In this document: positions 1 to 14,765 of the stretch, piece by piece
Position numbering within the stretch: the stretch's first letter is position 1
How the letters are laid out: each line of letters opens with the position of its first letter
From: Ylistrum balloti
Taxonomy: Eukaryota
Length of the DNA stretch: 64,000 nt
Direction: 5' to 3'
Assembly: GCF_031769215.1 (NCBI RefSeq)
Contig: NW_026782116.1
Coordinates: forward strand, 1,116,001-1,180,000
Made by a program: the position numbers and the translations under genes
The notes under the pieces: generated by a model
The model's input: only the letters and a program-made list of their open reading frames with translations
Databases searched by the model: none
What the model was told of the DNA's origin: nothing

Positions 1-3000
1 CTTTAGTATGTTTTAGGAAGGCTTGAAATATGGTCCAGCCCATATCCTGGTATTTTTTATCACCTGTGAAGCGGTACATATAGAACAGGCTCTCTACAGT
101 CTCCGGTCGCAGCAGGTTGTGTGCGTCTGGTGCCTAGAATATCATACATAAACATATATAAATATCTGGAGATAATAACTTTGTATCTAGTAAAAGAAAT
201 AATTTATTATTGTCTCTAATTTCAATTACCTTCATATTTAAAACAATTGACCAGCTACTGTATAGCAGAACTTTTCTCCCATATGATAATTCAACTAGAA
301 AGTTAACAGAGACAGGTCTCTTCATGTATTTCCTTGTTAATTATTAAATATTTACACACTAAACGGTTTACCAGTTGACAGGTAAAAAAATTATCTTGAC
401 ACTGGCCTTTGCTCCTGCACTTCCTCATTTCACTATTATCAACTCTGCTTCATAATGTAAAAACAAATTGAACAATAAGAAAATTTGAAGTATTACTTTG
501 ACTTTTAATACTGTGACACAAAAAGTGTTTACAAGGTGGTCAAAGGTGATCTTTGACATTTAACCTTGAATGACAACCAGTACATGAGCAGTATAAATAC
601 TTGGAAAGCAGAAAAAAAAACAAAAAGATTGATGCACCTACTTTAACAATGAGGTCCTCTTTGGACTGTGCAGCCTGACTGAAATAGACAATTTCTGGAC
701 TGAGTTTGGTGGGCATCCTGGCATACATCTGGAAACAGGTTTCAGTGAGACGCTTGGCAATATCAAAGTGGTCTGCTGGCAAACCATTCTTGTACCCCAG
801 AGCCATTGTGCCAGGCAGATAGCACACAAGGTGATCCTGTAAGCAAAGAAAATACAAGTTATACAAACAAAAAACTTCTCAAATATTCTCAAATGAAAAA
901 AAAAGAAAAACACAAGCATAGTTATATCAAAGTTCATTAATGTTAAGGAATTTGATGACTAAATTGAATTTAAAACAAGTTAAAAAATAACAATGATGAG
1001 TAAAATTCTGGATGCTGTCAGCTAAATACTTCACTGACTTCATTCTTCTAAGATACAAAATTGCACATGCTTAACAACACTGAATCAGACAAAGTGTGTT
1101 CAGTGCATTTCACTTAAAACAGAAGTGTATTATTACTTACAGGTGATAGCAATATTGTCAAATGTTTCACTGACTGGCTAGAGGGATGGACAACAGAACC
1201 TAGCCTTATAGGATGTTGTGGTGATCAAATACCATTGAGTATAATTTAGGAATAAAGAAAGAATGAAGTATCATTAGATAAGAATGATGTCATTAGGTGC
1301 TTCACTTTGTGCATTATATCTTTACAAGCTTAACTATTGTTGAAAATAATATGTTACCATTTTGGGGCTAAATGTACGACTTCCCAACAGCTCTCCTAGG
1401 TACAGAAGTTTGGAAGGAGATGACTCCCTTAACAGGTGTTTCTTCACTCCATCAATAGCCTCCATAAAGTCATCTTTGAACCTAGAAGAAAAACACTCCA
1501 TATCAAAACCTCAAACCACTTCCTCAATAAAGCTCAGCTTGTTAAATGTCATACTTCAAACAATGTGAACTACATGTACTTGACCAAGATTTTAGAGACT
1601 GCTTTCTTTGTTGTCAATAATATGTACTAGCCAAAGAGTTAGATAATGCTTTCTCTGTTGTCAATAATATGTACTGGCCAAAGAGTTAGATAATGCTTTC
1701 TCTGTTGTCAATAATATGTACTGGCCAAAGAGTTAGATAATGCTTTCTCTGTTGTCAATAATATGTACTAGCCAAAGAGTTAGATAATGCTTTCTCTGTT
1801 GTCAATAATATGTACTAGCCAAAGAGTTAGATAATGCTTTCTCTGTTGTCAATAATATGTACTAGCCAAAGAGTTATATAATGCCTTCTCTGTTGTCAAT
1901 TATATGTACTGGCCAAAGAGTTATATAATGCCTTCTCTGTTGTCAATAATATGTACTGGCCAAAGAGTTATATAATGCCTTCTCTGTTGTCAATTATATG
2001 TACTGGCCAAAGAGTTATATAATGCCTTCTCTGTTGTCAATTATATTTACTGGCCAAAGAGTTAGATGATGTTTTCTTTGTTGTCAATAATACGTACTGG
2101 CCAAAGAGTTAGATAATGCTTTCTCTGTTGTCAATAATATGTACTGGCCAAAGAGTTAGATGATGCTTTCTTTGTTGTCAATTATATTTACTGGCCAAAG
2201 AGTTATATAATGCCTTCTCTGTTGTCAATTATATTTACTGGCCAAAGAGTTAGATGATGCTTTCTTTGTTGTCAATTATATTTACTGGCCAAAGAGTTAT
2301 ATAATGCCTTCTCTGTTGTCAATTATATTTACTGGCCAAAGAGTTATATAATGCCTTCTCTGTTGTCAATTATATGTGGTGGACAACGATTTAGATAATG
2401 CCTTCTCTGTGGTCAGTCCTAGACAAAATTGCCTCCATAGTTGTCAGTAATACATTATGAAAAAGAATTAGCGTCTGCCTACTCTGTTACTTGTATACGA
2501 CAAGATTTAGAAAGAATCCTGCAATTGTTTACTGAAAGTGTTGATTATTCAAGAAATTCTTAATTTTCAAAACTTACCAACTTTAGATAATTCTTGCCCA
2601 AAAATAGATCAAGGCATTAAATCTATATCTCTTAATTGGTACCTTATTTTACTTACGAACCTCACAATCTAACAACATACAAAAGTTGGTTTTACTTACA
2701 CTTCAGAGAAGCTTACTTTAACACAGCTTCTTAAGTTTTGGTGTGGATACTGATGGAAAAATGATACCTTAGTCTCACAATTGCTTCTAGGACTCAATGA
2801 GACAACATCCTATCAAGTTGCTTACCATAGTAATACCAAGGATTTTGTTATGGATTGTCACTCACATGTTAATTGTTTTGCCTGTCTGGATCCATTGTTT
2901 CAGAAGGTATTCATAGTAGCTGTCTCCTCTGGCCCCGAAGGTAATGGTGCTAGTCCCTCTAAAAGAACCGGTGTTGGCATTGACAAAGATGGGCACTAGA

Positions 3001-6000
3001 CCATCCTTTTTAGGTAAGCTGTGGATGTGCTCACTAACAGTCATCACAGCATTCTGGGAATCAATGAATGAGAATTACACTCATAACATGAATACTTTGA
3101 ACAACAGAAAGATATATCTAGCTTCAATCATGTTACATGTAGTGTACACCAAGCAGATCAGATAAAATATATTCTAAGCTAATTATTGATTAGAATACCA
3201 GGTGTATAAGTTTGTGAATAACAAAATGGCTATAGTCCTTCCATCATCATTGAGTCTACATCCTTGCTGTTTTAAAAACTGCCTTTTCATTGAATCACAA
3301 GTTTTGCTGTGATCTCTGGCACCTGTATACACTCAATACATGACCATGTTGACAAATACATCTAATACCTACCTCATATTTGTCATCCTTTGTGACACGA
3401 GAAAGGTCTCTGAACTCTAGCTGTATAGTAGTGACCTCAGAGGTACTGCTGTCTGGGCCCCATCGTGGGGCATGAGCACGGCTCGTCATCATATTCACAT
3501 CTGAAAATGGCACTTTAGATGGGGAATTAAAACACGGTAGCAGTCGGTTACCAAGGTCAACCTGAAAAATATAAAAAATCAATGTTAACCTCAACAATAT
3601 CCAAGCATGTCAACTTTATCCAGCTTAACCTGATTAATATTTATACAAACTTTACCCATGTCAATCTGAACAATATCTGATCAGTGTCAACATTAGGAAG
3701 GAAAATTTGAACTGTTGAAAAAGAGTTTCAGCTTAATTAACATGACAAATTACATATTTGGTTTAGTAAGTCAGCACCTTCACTGCCCACTTTCAATCCT
3801 TACCCCAATATAGTGTTACACAAAGCAATTATTACTGGTGCATAAATTCATCAATACCCTAATTAAAAACATGATTTGCTTCAATTTTATTGTTTTATTG
3901 TTTACAGTACATCTTATATCTAAAACTCACAGCCTTCTCCTTGAACAAGTCATCCCCAGTGAGATGGTATGTGGCTAACAGTCCTCCAAGAACTCGGATT
4001 GTGATTTCAAATAAATTCACATCCTTATCCTTTTCAAAAGTTAATTCATTTGCAACCCATTCTCTGGCATCATCATATTCTGTAACAAATAATGAAGTAT
4101 ATGATAGTGCAATGTACATGCATATTTCATATATCGGATAAATTGATTGTAATTAAATACGAACTGAGCACTGGAAATACTTAGATCAAATATTACAGCA
4201 ATATCATTTCTCGGATTAAATGATGTCCTATCATATTATTAATTTGTGACTTACACAAATATGGATGAATGATAATATAGATCAATGTAATTTATGTGTA
4301 TATTGCCTTTGGCTCCATGGGTAGATTTTCAGTGTCCAGTTTACTTTTTGGATCCTACTTACTTTACCTGCCTTAATCATCTGTATTATGTTGCAGTGCA
4401 AAATATATAGTGTCATACTTGTAATAAATCAGCTCATTGCCAAAGCCTCAATTAATATGAAATTAAGGATAAATGAAAGAATTATAGAATGAATAACTTA
4501 ATCACAGAATAAATGAATAATTCAATGAATGAATAAATGAATGAATATTGCTATGATGTTAAATGAGAGTCTTCTTGCATGAGGACAGATGCTGTATCTA
4601 GGGTCCAAAGTCTGGCTGTGGTTTTTACATATTGTTCAGGGGCACTAAACTATTGATTGAACTGTTAAAAAAAAGTAAAAGGATTTGGTGACAATCTACT
4701 ACATGACTACAGAGGAGTTACCTAGTACATGCATTGATTGACTTTCACAAGTTCAGTAAAAAAAATCAGCAATACCATCCAATTAAACTGTTTTTTCCTA
4801 AATCATCCAACTGAGGATGCTTAGAAATTAAGATAGATTATATTGTAAATTTATAAGATATAAATTTTGTATAATGTGATTGTGTCCACCAAATAGAAAT
4901 ATCTTTAAGAAATGAAATCCACTGTATTAGTAACCTCTTTATAAAAATGGACCTTTGTACAAACCTGGTTTGAGTCCCAATATGACCAGTGTGTCCAGAG
5001 AGTCTACAATTGTCAGACCTACTCCAAACCATTCAGAGTGTGTTCGGGTGATAGGATGGAACTCATCATGTCCCCAGGCATATTTTTTGTAGGCATTCCA
5101 GGCAAATCTGAAAGCATCCACTACTGCCTCTTGCCTGTCTGTCCTTTTACCTTCCTCTGTAAAATAATAACACTTAATAGGTTGCCTTTTTGTGAAGATT
5201 GAGAGAGATTTGTGTCTTAAAACATGAGTAAAACAAGTTTATTTTGTCAGTATCTATTACATGGAAAATATTGGACTTGCAAATTTTAAGTAAGGAAGAG
5301 TAACATTACATATTTTCAGTTCTTGCTCTTAAATGCTGGAAATATGACATGGCTAAAATGAAATATTCCAGTTTTGACACCAAAATTGTGAAATTTGCAT
5401 GTGGTAAAATAGACATGTATTATGGTATTGTATTTTGATAAAATTAAATAACATTACATAGAGCAAACTTTTTGAGTAAACTACATTGACTTCTATAAAC
5501 TTTCAAATTAATTTCAGTTCAACTTTTTCTGGTTCATAAAAAAGAAAACATAATTTGACACATGGATTACACTTCATTACAATGTTTCACTAAAATGCAG
5601 ACTTGTGCAACTTTACATCTGCTGTGTTTCTTCTAGTTAATTACGGTAAGCCCTATTATTCTTCCACTAGAGATAGATACTTTGTTTATAAAGCTACATA
5701 AGTATGTACATGTGATCTAAGTCTGATGGCTCTATCTTGTGAAAGATGTTTAAAAGTTCATAATTCAAAATAACCAAGATCTGTGTGATTTTTCATATGT
5801 TGAATATGAACTGGTCTTCACTCAACTAGGATCTATTTTTGTAAAGTTAATAATGAAGTCAACTTACGATGAAAGTAGTCATAAGGTGGTACAGCATGCT
5901 GATCGACATTGAAGTCTGGGTCTGCTGCTTTTTCTGGCTGATTCTACAAAAGCAACAACATTAATTGAAAGTCAGGCATTACGAACATAAATCCTATTAT

Positions 6001-9000
6001 TAGCAACTGTGTCTGCAACAACCATTATTGGTGGGACCATTGTAAGCATTTTATTTTCTACATAGATAACACTTCTATCCAGCAAATATGTGTATGAATC
6101 ATTGATACTTTGTGTATTTTGTAGACAATTGGCAGAATTCTACATTTTTGTATAATTTCAGAAATATATGATGAATAAAACAATATTCCATCAAACTTTC
6201 AACTTTACTTCCGGGCTACTTTCTTGTACAACTGTATCATAATGCAGCAGAATATACAATTATTGCCTTTTGATGAGGTTGAGACACAGTCTTATTAAAT
6301 TCTGTGGGAGCAAGTTCTTTCCTTTGATTTGCTTTTAATTATTTGTTGTTATGACAAGTGAACCAATCATACGGAAATGGAAACCTATATATGAAAGTTT
6401 AAAATCTAACAATATAGATTCTAAATAGTCACCAATCCTCTTCACATTTTTCAAATCACTCACAAAACTGATGAAGCAAAACAAAGGATCAATGATTTTG
6501 TTTTTTCTAATCAGTCCCAAGGTCAGCAGGGCAAAACCATGTATCAAGAGAAACCTGCATATGAACTTGAGAATGATCCATCATGGCTTCTGAAGAAATA
6601 CCAATTACAAACTTTCATTGTCAAAATCCAAAATTGCCACCTGTCAGCTATTTTGTTTTTCTGATCAGTCCCAAAATCAAAAGGGCAGAACTTGGAACAA
6701 AAGGGAACCTACATATGAAAGTTCCATCCAGTAACTTTTCAAGAAAGGTGATAATTAGAAATGTTCTTGTAACAGATGACAGGTCATGGATGTAGAATGA
6801 TTTGAATAGTGTATTAAGTAAAAAAAAAAAAAAGAATAAAAATTATATGGGAAACTATATAGGAAATTCAAAATTGATCCCTCCAGAACTTTATAATGAA
6901 CAGCCCCAAAATCGAACATAACAACCTGTTGGCATTTTTTTTTCTTTTTCATCTCAAACAAAATATGCACAACCCAGTACCAAGGGGAGTCTTATATATT
7001 AGATTTAAGAGAGGCCAATCCAGTACTTCTCTAGAAATAGGAATAACAAATTGTAACTATCAAAATCCAAAATGGCAATTTGTTGGCCATTTTGTATTCT
7101 GATCAGTCCCAAAATGAGGTACCATGGGGAGTATAAATAAGTGTTTTGAGAAGGATCAATCCAGTACTTATAATAGCATAAACTTTCAAAATCAAACATG
7201 GTGTCGCAAATCCTAATATTGAACATGTACAACCATATAAAATGCGGAACCTGCATATGGAATTTTAGAATCTTATCAGTAGTAGAAATAACAAGTATTC
7301 TTTATGGACAGACGGATGGATGACTGACTATAGATGAAGGATGATTTTAAAAGCATACCATCATCACAACATCTGATGATGGTGAGCCACAAATAGCAAC
7401 TCATTTTGAGACATTTTGGTAATACACAACCATTTCATATCTAGGAATCAAATTCCACTGCTTTTCATTCAGGAATCAAACTAACATTTCTTTACAAATG
7501 AAACAGCATTATTCTAATAAGACATTTCAAAACAATATTCAGTGGGGGACCCATCCATTTCCTACAAATAATGGTACATTGTATATGCTTATTTGCTATA
7601 ATACATATACAGAATAATACAACAACCCACCAGCTGACCATCTACATTGTCGTCTTTGTCATTATCATCTTCTTTTCCAATGTCACCATTTTCATCCCTT
7701 TCAAGGATTTCCTGTTTCTCATCGGGAGGAAGTAACCCTACTTCCTCCCCTCCCCCATTAGGAGGTCGATCTACAACTTGTTTTAGCTGAGGTGGTGGCT
7801 TCTTAACAGGTCTCCTTTGTCTCTGAAGACGTTTCTGAAAGATCACCATATTTTAAAATGCATCTTTTGATTTGATATAACCATATACCCTAAACTGATG
7901 TTTTGATACATGGCAATTTTTCACCAAATCAATCAGAATGTGCTTTAATACATTCATTACAACTTCTTACATCAAGAACAAATCTGTTTCACAAAATAAA
8001 TTCCTTAGAAACATGCCTATCATCTGTCCATATTGCCCTGCATCTCTAGATAGTCTGCTAAACTGTTCTCTGTTCTTAAACAATTATTCTCATTGCTATT
8101 TCTTGAGAAGTACTGGATTTTCATATTAAGGTTCTACTAACTTCCTTGTTGTGCTCTTTTGATCATAGGACATATCAGAAAGACAAGATGGCTGAAAGGT
8201 TTCCATCTTAATTAATTAATTAAGTTCCCTATCACTATTTCTTCACAAGTATCAGCTGGATCTTTCTCAAATTTCATATCTAGGACCCCTGGCCTGTTGT
8301 ATTGCATTGTATATTTTGGGACTGATAAAAATGGCCATCAGGCAGCCATCATGGATTCTGACATTGGCTGTTTGTTGTTGCTACTTCTTGAGAAGCACTG
8401 GAATGACCATTCTCAAATTAATTTTATTTGCAGGTTCTACTTGGTCCTAAGTCTAGGTGTGCATTAATTTGTCCATTTTGCAACTGATAACAAAAACATA
8501 ATAGTCGACAGGTGACAATCTTGGATTTGACAGTTAAGAGATTATTATATGTATCACTATTGTACCACAATGGAGGGTGCTAAGATCCTATTGGGATCTC
8601 TTATTCCATTACTTTAAGAACATGAAATTACGTTTCAAGCACTGTATACACAATGATAATAGGACACATTCATAAGCTTAATTTTAGAATGCAACAGTAT
8701 GTACACAGTACCAAAGGAAATTAACTATATTCAAGGCTAAATACTGACATTATACTCATCAATCTGTTGCTTAGCAACCCTCTGAAGGGCTTCTTGTTTA
8801 TTTCGCTTGGGTACTTCCTTTGGTGGTTGTATCTGATGGTTGTTGTTGGAATTTTCTCTACCCATTATCTTGTCCTGGAAGAATTCATGGCCATTTTTAT
8901 CATTAACAGCCACTTTGTCCACTGCCTGTCTCCTCTCCTTATTTGCTTTGGCATCTTCACCTGACAAACGGTTGCCATGGTGAATAGCCGGCAAAATGTA

Positions 9001-11330
9001 TAATGCACTAAGTCCTCCTAGCACAATAATCAGACAAATCACACTCCTCTGGAGGCTTGAAAGTCTCTTCCATACCTGTTGTGTTCAAAAATGATTTTCA
9101 TTAAATACATTTTTATTAATGTCAACTAAGTTCAATCAGTGTTGCTGTTATCATACAAATGTTAATATCATATTACATTAACATACAGTATTAAATCAAT
9201 ATATAATATTACCATGTTAATATCATATTACATTAACATACAGTATTAAATCAATATATAATATTACCATGTTAATATCATATTACATTAACATACAGTA
9301 TTAAATCAATATATAATATTACCATGTTAATATCATATTACATTAACATACAGTATTAAATCAATATATAATATTACAATGTTAATATCATATTACATTA
9401 ACATACAGTATTAAATCAATATATAATATTACATTATACACATATAGACAAAGTATTAAATGTCTTGAGTTGAATATTAATGTAATTCACTAAACCCTTC
9501 ATTTCATTGCTATCTCATATCCATCACCATATCTAAGTCTGGCCCTTTTGTACTACAATCTGTGTCAGTTGTAACTTGCTAAATTCCAGTAGTCACAGAT
9601 ATAATACCAAACTTTGGCTGCATGGACATATAATGTCAAAATAATACATTAATTGCACTGTACATGTTTTTATCAAATATGATGAAATCCCGCTATCTTT
9701 CATATCCTGACCACAGGGCATGTTGCGAAACAAATTATGTTAAATAGGTCAGAACCTATCAACATGCTGATTATATATTACATTTAGCTCCAAACATTTT
9801 ATAAAATTTAGTGTAACAAACCCCTTTGAAAGTTGCTGTATGACAATTAAAATACTCTGGCCGTTCGTTCTGCCAGCCCTCCAGCCTTTTATATCCTGTT
9901 GCTAATGACAGTCAACTACAATGACCTATCTGGTCACTGGAATCAACCACTATTAATATTGAATATCTGGTTGACACAATCTTCATCCAGTTTGGTGGCA
10001 AGATATTTTTTGGCATACCTATGAGAATTAATTGTGCTCCCTTGTTGGCCAACTGGTTTTTGTGTTCATACCAGGCTAAATTTATTGAAGAACTTATCAA
10101 AATAGGTCACAAAAATTTTGGAATTTATTTAATTTCACTTTCAGATATATTGATTGATTCTTGTCTTGGAATAACAAGAAATTCATTGACCACATCCATC
10201 ATATACTCAAAGGATAAAGATACGCAGGGTAAACTATGAAAAGGCATGTGCTGCCATCCAAGCCATATGACGCTGGCAACAAGCAGCAGTAAGGAGCAGG
10301 CAGACCTACAAATCTGTAGACCAATTTCCCGCAATCATTTCCTTACAGTTCACGCATGGAAAGGACAGTTATGAGCACCTATGGTATGAAGGGCAAATTC
10401 AGTGGCAGTAAAGTATAAATTGTGCAATTGTGCAAGACACATAAACCTCTACTGAGGTTGTGATGTTACACGCTGATGCCAAGACCTAGGTCTGTAAGCA
10501 ACCTGGCCAGTTTCCCTCAGACGTCTAACAAGACCTTCTATAGTGCAAATATGGACACTGAAATGTCTTGCAACCTGTATTTGCCTTTGACTTTGCACAA
10601 TCCTCACAATGGCCTGATCCCTCTGCCGTGCTATCATTTAATTCAATCAGAAATTAATCAAAATATGACGAAATGTGTAACTCAATGTCAGAACACTGCT
10701 GTGCACGAGATTTTCCCATTTCATGCTTTCCCTGGAAGACATTGTCATGCAATACAATAATGCAACATTCGATACAGGACCACATTCAATGTTACCTAGA
10801 GAGTTGCATGACCGATTTGCATTGTTTTTTAATGATGTGTTCACAAGATATTGCAAAAATTGTCATCCTACGTTTCTTAATCCCTTAGGTATATATGCCT
10901 TCTGCATAGGTAAACTAGGACATTATAGACTCTTCAGCCACTTATCTTGATCTCTTCCTACAAGCAAAAAAAAGGACAACTTCCCATCATTTTTCAGGAG
11001 TATCTGTGTAACTTTTTTTGGTTCATAATTTGCCCTTGTTTAATTGAATGAGCTTGGAATATGACTATGGTGTTATTATTTTCTCTTTTTTTTTTTTTTG
11101 CTTCACATCGGTATCCTGATTACTATGCTTGCCTTGGGGACTGATATCCTTAAATGAACATTGAGCCATCCAACCCTAAAACAAAGTTCCATATGATACA
11201 TATAGGTATATTGTTAGAACTGCACAAATGTTCAACTTACTCTCCAAATAGACTGTCTCTTCCGTGGTTCTTTCTGGTCATCATCAAAACCAAGACTGAT
11301 AGATAGAAAGTCTCGCTTAGCTCCAGACAT
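1..11330 (-). CDS. MAN1B1: ER mannosyl-oligosaccharide 1,2-alpha-mannosidase (GH47, type II membrane protein); 3' end lies outside the window
   Basis: Hand-spliced GT-AG exons with consistent phases: 11330-11241, 9075-8749, 7834-7631, 5943-5868, 5156-4965, 4079-3931, 3561-3373, 3053-2866, 1481-1358, 836-642, 133-<1. The product has an N-terminal [10 protein letters not shown]...WKRLSSLQR tail, a transmembrane segment, an acidic stem, and the GH47 motifs [49 protein letters not shown] and [14 protein letters not shown]. Confidence 0.96.
1600..2410. repeat. 47-bp minisatellite, ~17 copies, in a MAN1B1 intron
   Basis: Unit GCTTTCTCTGTTGTCAATAATATGTACTGGCCAAAGAGTTAGATAAT, repeated head to tail (TTGTCAATAA at 1611 and 1658). 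Confidence 0.97.
6490..7400 (-). mobile_element. HINE-like element with internal repeats
   Basis: Repeated CAAAATCCAAAAT...CTGATCAGTCCCAAAAT blocks (~6500, ~6620-6680, ~7060-7115) and a GACAGACGGATGGATGACTGAC microsatellite end. Confidence 0.6.
9159..9432. repeat. 55-bp AT-rich minisatellite, ~5 copies
   Basis: Unit ATGTTAATATCATATTACATTAACATACAGTATTAAATCAATATATAATATTACC; GTTAATATCA recurs at 9161 and 9216. Confidence 0.95.
9915..10230 (+). mobile_element. Penelope-like retroelement reverse-transcriptase remnant
   Basis: Frameshifted [45 protein letters not shown] and TFRYID(D), matching the PLE RT pattern GIPMG.NCAPLLA...FRYIDD. Confidence 0.8.
10240..10850 (-). mobile_element. Tc1/mariner transposon remnant (N-terminal HTH region, truncated)
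   Basis: ORF 10637-10449 ([47 protein letters not shown]...RVTS) and downstream RLREIGL...R are Tc1 paired-like DNA-binding sequence. Element ends are not resolved. Confidence 0.8.
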
Positions 11331-12240
11331 ATTGCTTCCTAATGCTTCTGAGACCTTCGTTCTGTTTGCATGTCTTATTGGTGTTGCGTGTTATCTAGAA
11401 TAGCTTTACTTTCTGTGAATAGGCTGAACACGTATGGACGACAGAGCCCCATTGGAGGGTTATTATAAGTTGCAAATCGAAAACGGAATACACCATACTT
11501 ATCCGGATTTAGCTGTAATTATAAGAAAAAGCAACATCATAACAAAGATTTTTTTAAAATACTAATGAAAAGCCAGATATAGGTCAATATGAGAAAAGAA
11601 TATGAACACATATCACAAAGTACCTCAATACCCTGGCATATGTTACCCGGAGATAAATTTAGATGTATGGAAAGCCGATGTCTTTGTTTATTCATATGTA
11701 TAGCAACAGATAGAAAGAGAATATGTCAGAATGATCAAAATTTTAATGAAATGGATAATTTTCTCATAAGCTGTGTTATGGTAATGAAAAATGTATACGC
11801 ATAACTATTTCATGCATCCATATAAAAATGGATAAAATATATTGGGGGAAAATCCGAGTACGATTGAAAAATACTGAAAATCAAAATTACGACCAATTTT
11901 CGGTATAAAGGTACTATAATATAACGTAATGACATAGAAATATGGTATGGAAGAGAAATATTTGTTTCACTAAAGAAATATATACAAAAGCATATAAATT
12001 TGATTAAATAAATAAACACTTTATGTAAGTTTTTTGATAACATTCAAAAACGTCCTTGTGGTTAACATAATAAAATTAGAAATATCAGAGACGTATATAT
12101 ACGTCTCTGGAAATATGCAAGAATTCAAAGTACATTGAATTTGCAAATGAATCCTAAGTAACTATGCTGGGGGTACAATCAATTAATTATCCACATTGAA
12201 CATTGAAAAAGACTAATTATAAGCGGATATAATAATAGAA

Positions 12241-12266
12241 ACACACACACACACATATATATATAT
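12241..12266. repeat. (AC)n(AT)n microsatellite
   Basis: ACACACACACACACATATATATATAT. Confidence 0.9.
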
Positions 12267-14378
12267 TCATAGAAACATCTCATTTATTGGCAGGCGTATA
12301 CATATTTCCGGCAGGCGTCTGCAGGCGTATTTAAGTACAACCCCTATCCGGAACATTGTTCACAATAAAGTTTTATTAGAATCCCCTCACATTGGCCAAG
12401 TTTACGACAATGATTATAAAAGTTTCTAATGTGTAATATTATCTTTACAATAATAAGATGAAGTACCTCAGGTGCAGCCAAACTGTGATATCATTTCGAA
12501 GAAAGTGAATGTAATGAAATTTTATTTACCAAAATATTAACGACAGTGAACAGACTACTTAATAACTTGAAGAGCAGAGACCACGATGCCGATCTGGATT
12601 TACAGGTAAAACAAACAGTTTAAGGAAAACATTTTGTAAAAAATAAACTTGTGCATATTTGTTAACTATCTATTGAAATACATATTTTTGTATAAAGCGT
12701 TGTCATATCATTGTGTACATTTTAATGATATTTAAGTTGCTGGGACTTGCATTGGACGTTCCCGCTGAATGTCGCAAATGAAGGGAGATAATCAAACAAA
12801 TGGAATCAAGCTGACCATTGCATATATGTCACACCCAGACCTCACCCGAGAACAAACTTATACAATAACATATTTTATCAACATACATTGGTATCATTAT
12901 GACATATCTCTGACTCTTTTTCTTTTCCCCGTACGTAGTGATCCTACTAGGGCAGTATCGGGTTACATCACAAGAATTGGACTGTTGTTTTAGCATATAA
13001 CTATGTATGACATATAGAACGTCCGAATACCATTCACATCCACGCCGAGGAACTTTCTTCCAAATCCAGGTACAGAGTAAATATCTTAGAGGATCCCTGG
13101 TTATAAAAAAAAACTGATTAACACAAGATGTGGAATCATAGTAGATGCCTAATACTTAGATACCTGACTCGTTATATATAGATAATACATGGTCAGTGTT
13201 ATAAAATATCAGCTGTATTTTGGCGAGGATGAAGAAAGACAAAAGTGGCGATACATTGTCAATAGATGTGACAGCGATTTTATGAAGTTTCATTAATAAA
13301 ACATATTCTTTACAACACATAAAATCACTTATTTCAACAATTATTTGTATTATCAAACAACTTGAAAGCAAATTCAGAAAGTAATATGTCAAATTATGGC
13401 ACCTCAGTGCCGAATACAGCAAAAATAATGGCAGCACCAGTTGCAGGTTAAAGCTATTTATCACATATAGAATATCCGATTGCACTGGTGATACTAGGAA
13501 ACAAACAACTATGAGACTACCTTAGAAAACAAAAGACAATAAAATCAATCCAAATGAGGCCTTAGTTAGTTTAACTATTGGTTAGACTTATTTTATTAAA
13601 CTACACATATAGGCGATATAAATTGATTGATTTATCCAAGAAACTTTATTTCATGTCGAATATTATAAACAGTAAACATAAGCTCTGGTGCGCGTGTACT
13701 TTGTATCCGATCACTTGACAACATCTAAGATCACTTGATAACATATAGGCCTTGTTACACAAGTCTTCCCCTTCTGATAAATTAGTACACAAGTAGACAA
13801 GGAAAAAATTGCACTGTTGTAAATTATATAAGACATTGTTTATATCTATTTATATGTTATCTACCCATGATTTAATTTTTGGTCTTGGTTGCCGTTGATG
13901 GTCAGCATTCCTTCCTATATAAAAAGATGAAATTTTAGCTGACCCATACATGGATTGCTAAAATTTCATGTTCCGTGAGTCCTTTTTAACATAGGTGCTA
14001 AAAGCAAAAAGTCTGACAATGCAAAATTTAAGTATTTCAAGAAATGTTCTTTTTTTAATATCCAAAATCATTATAACACCAGGCTGTTAGAAAATTTCAT
14101 GTTCTTAAAAAGTTAGCAGTAGTGTTTTTAAGACCAAACATCTGACCTTTATGTCAATTTGTTTAATGTCTGATTTTGGTATCACAGGAAATAAATAGAA
14201 TTTGATCCTTCACTATAAGATATTATCAGGGAATAAGGAATATATAACTATTGATGTAATCCCTTTCATCGTGAATTTTCTGAGTTGAAAAAAGGGTTAT
14301 GTGTATAGTTATAATTTCAGTTCGGATGAGTAGTACATCGTATATGTATTAGTTAAAAGTACATGTCACCTTTACTTA

Positions 14379-14765
14379 ATAGCCTCAGCTAGTGGAAATT
14401 TGCAGTCAGTTTAGAGGTAGTGTCTGCCTAGAGACCAAAGGGTCACTAGTTTTAAACCCGGCAATGGCAAGAGTGTTTTTTATTATTCCTTCCTACAGAT
14501 TGGGTGTCATTGATCATTTCAAGAGTTGAAATTAGAGGAGATTTAGATGCTTCCTTGGAGATGTTGAACCTAGGTTGTTGTCATTAAGGTCTAAGATGTC
14601 ATGAAGGAGGGAGTAGTGTAGAACTTTTAGAGTACAGGTTGACCTACTAGCCTCAGCTAGTGAGAATTTCGCTTTAGTCTAGAGGTGGAGTGTTCAGCTA
14701 GAGACCAAATGGTGGCTAGTTCGAAATCCAGTGGTAGCAGGGTATTTGTCATTACACCTTCCTAT
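14379..14765 (+). mobile_element. Two diverged copies of a tRNA-related SINE-like head (14379-14500, 14647-14765)
   Basis: Both copies share TAGCCTCAGCTAGTG...TAGAGGT...CTAGAGACCAAA. The second copy has a B-box-like GTTCGAAATCC at 14719-14729. Confidence 0.55.

Noticed and set aside
1600-2410. CRISPR-like array
   Set aside because: The units are contiguous with no unique spacers, and the context is a eukaryotic intron.
13189-13296. 35-aa ORF with THAP-like EDEERQKW
   Set aside because: It is too short and lacks the Cys/His ligands of a THAP domain.
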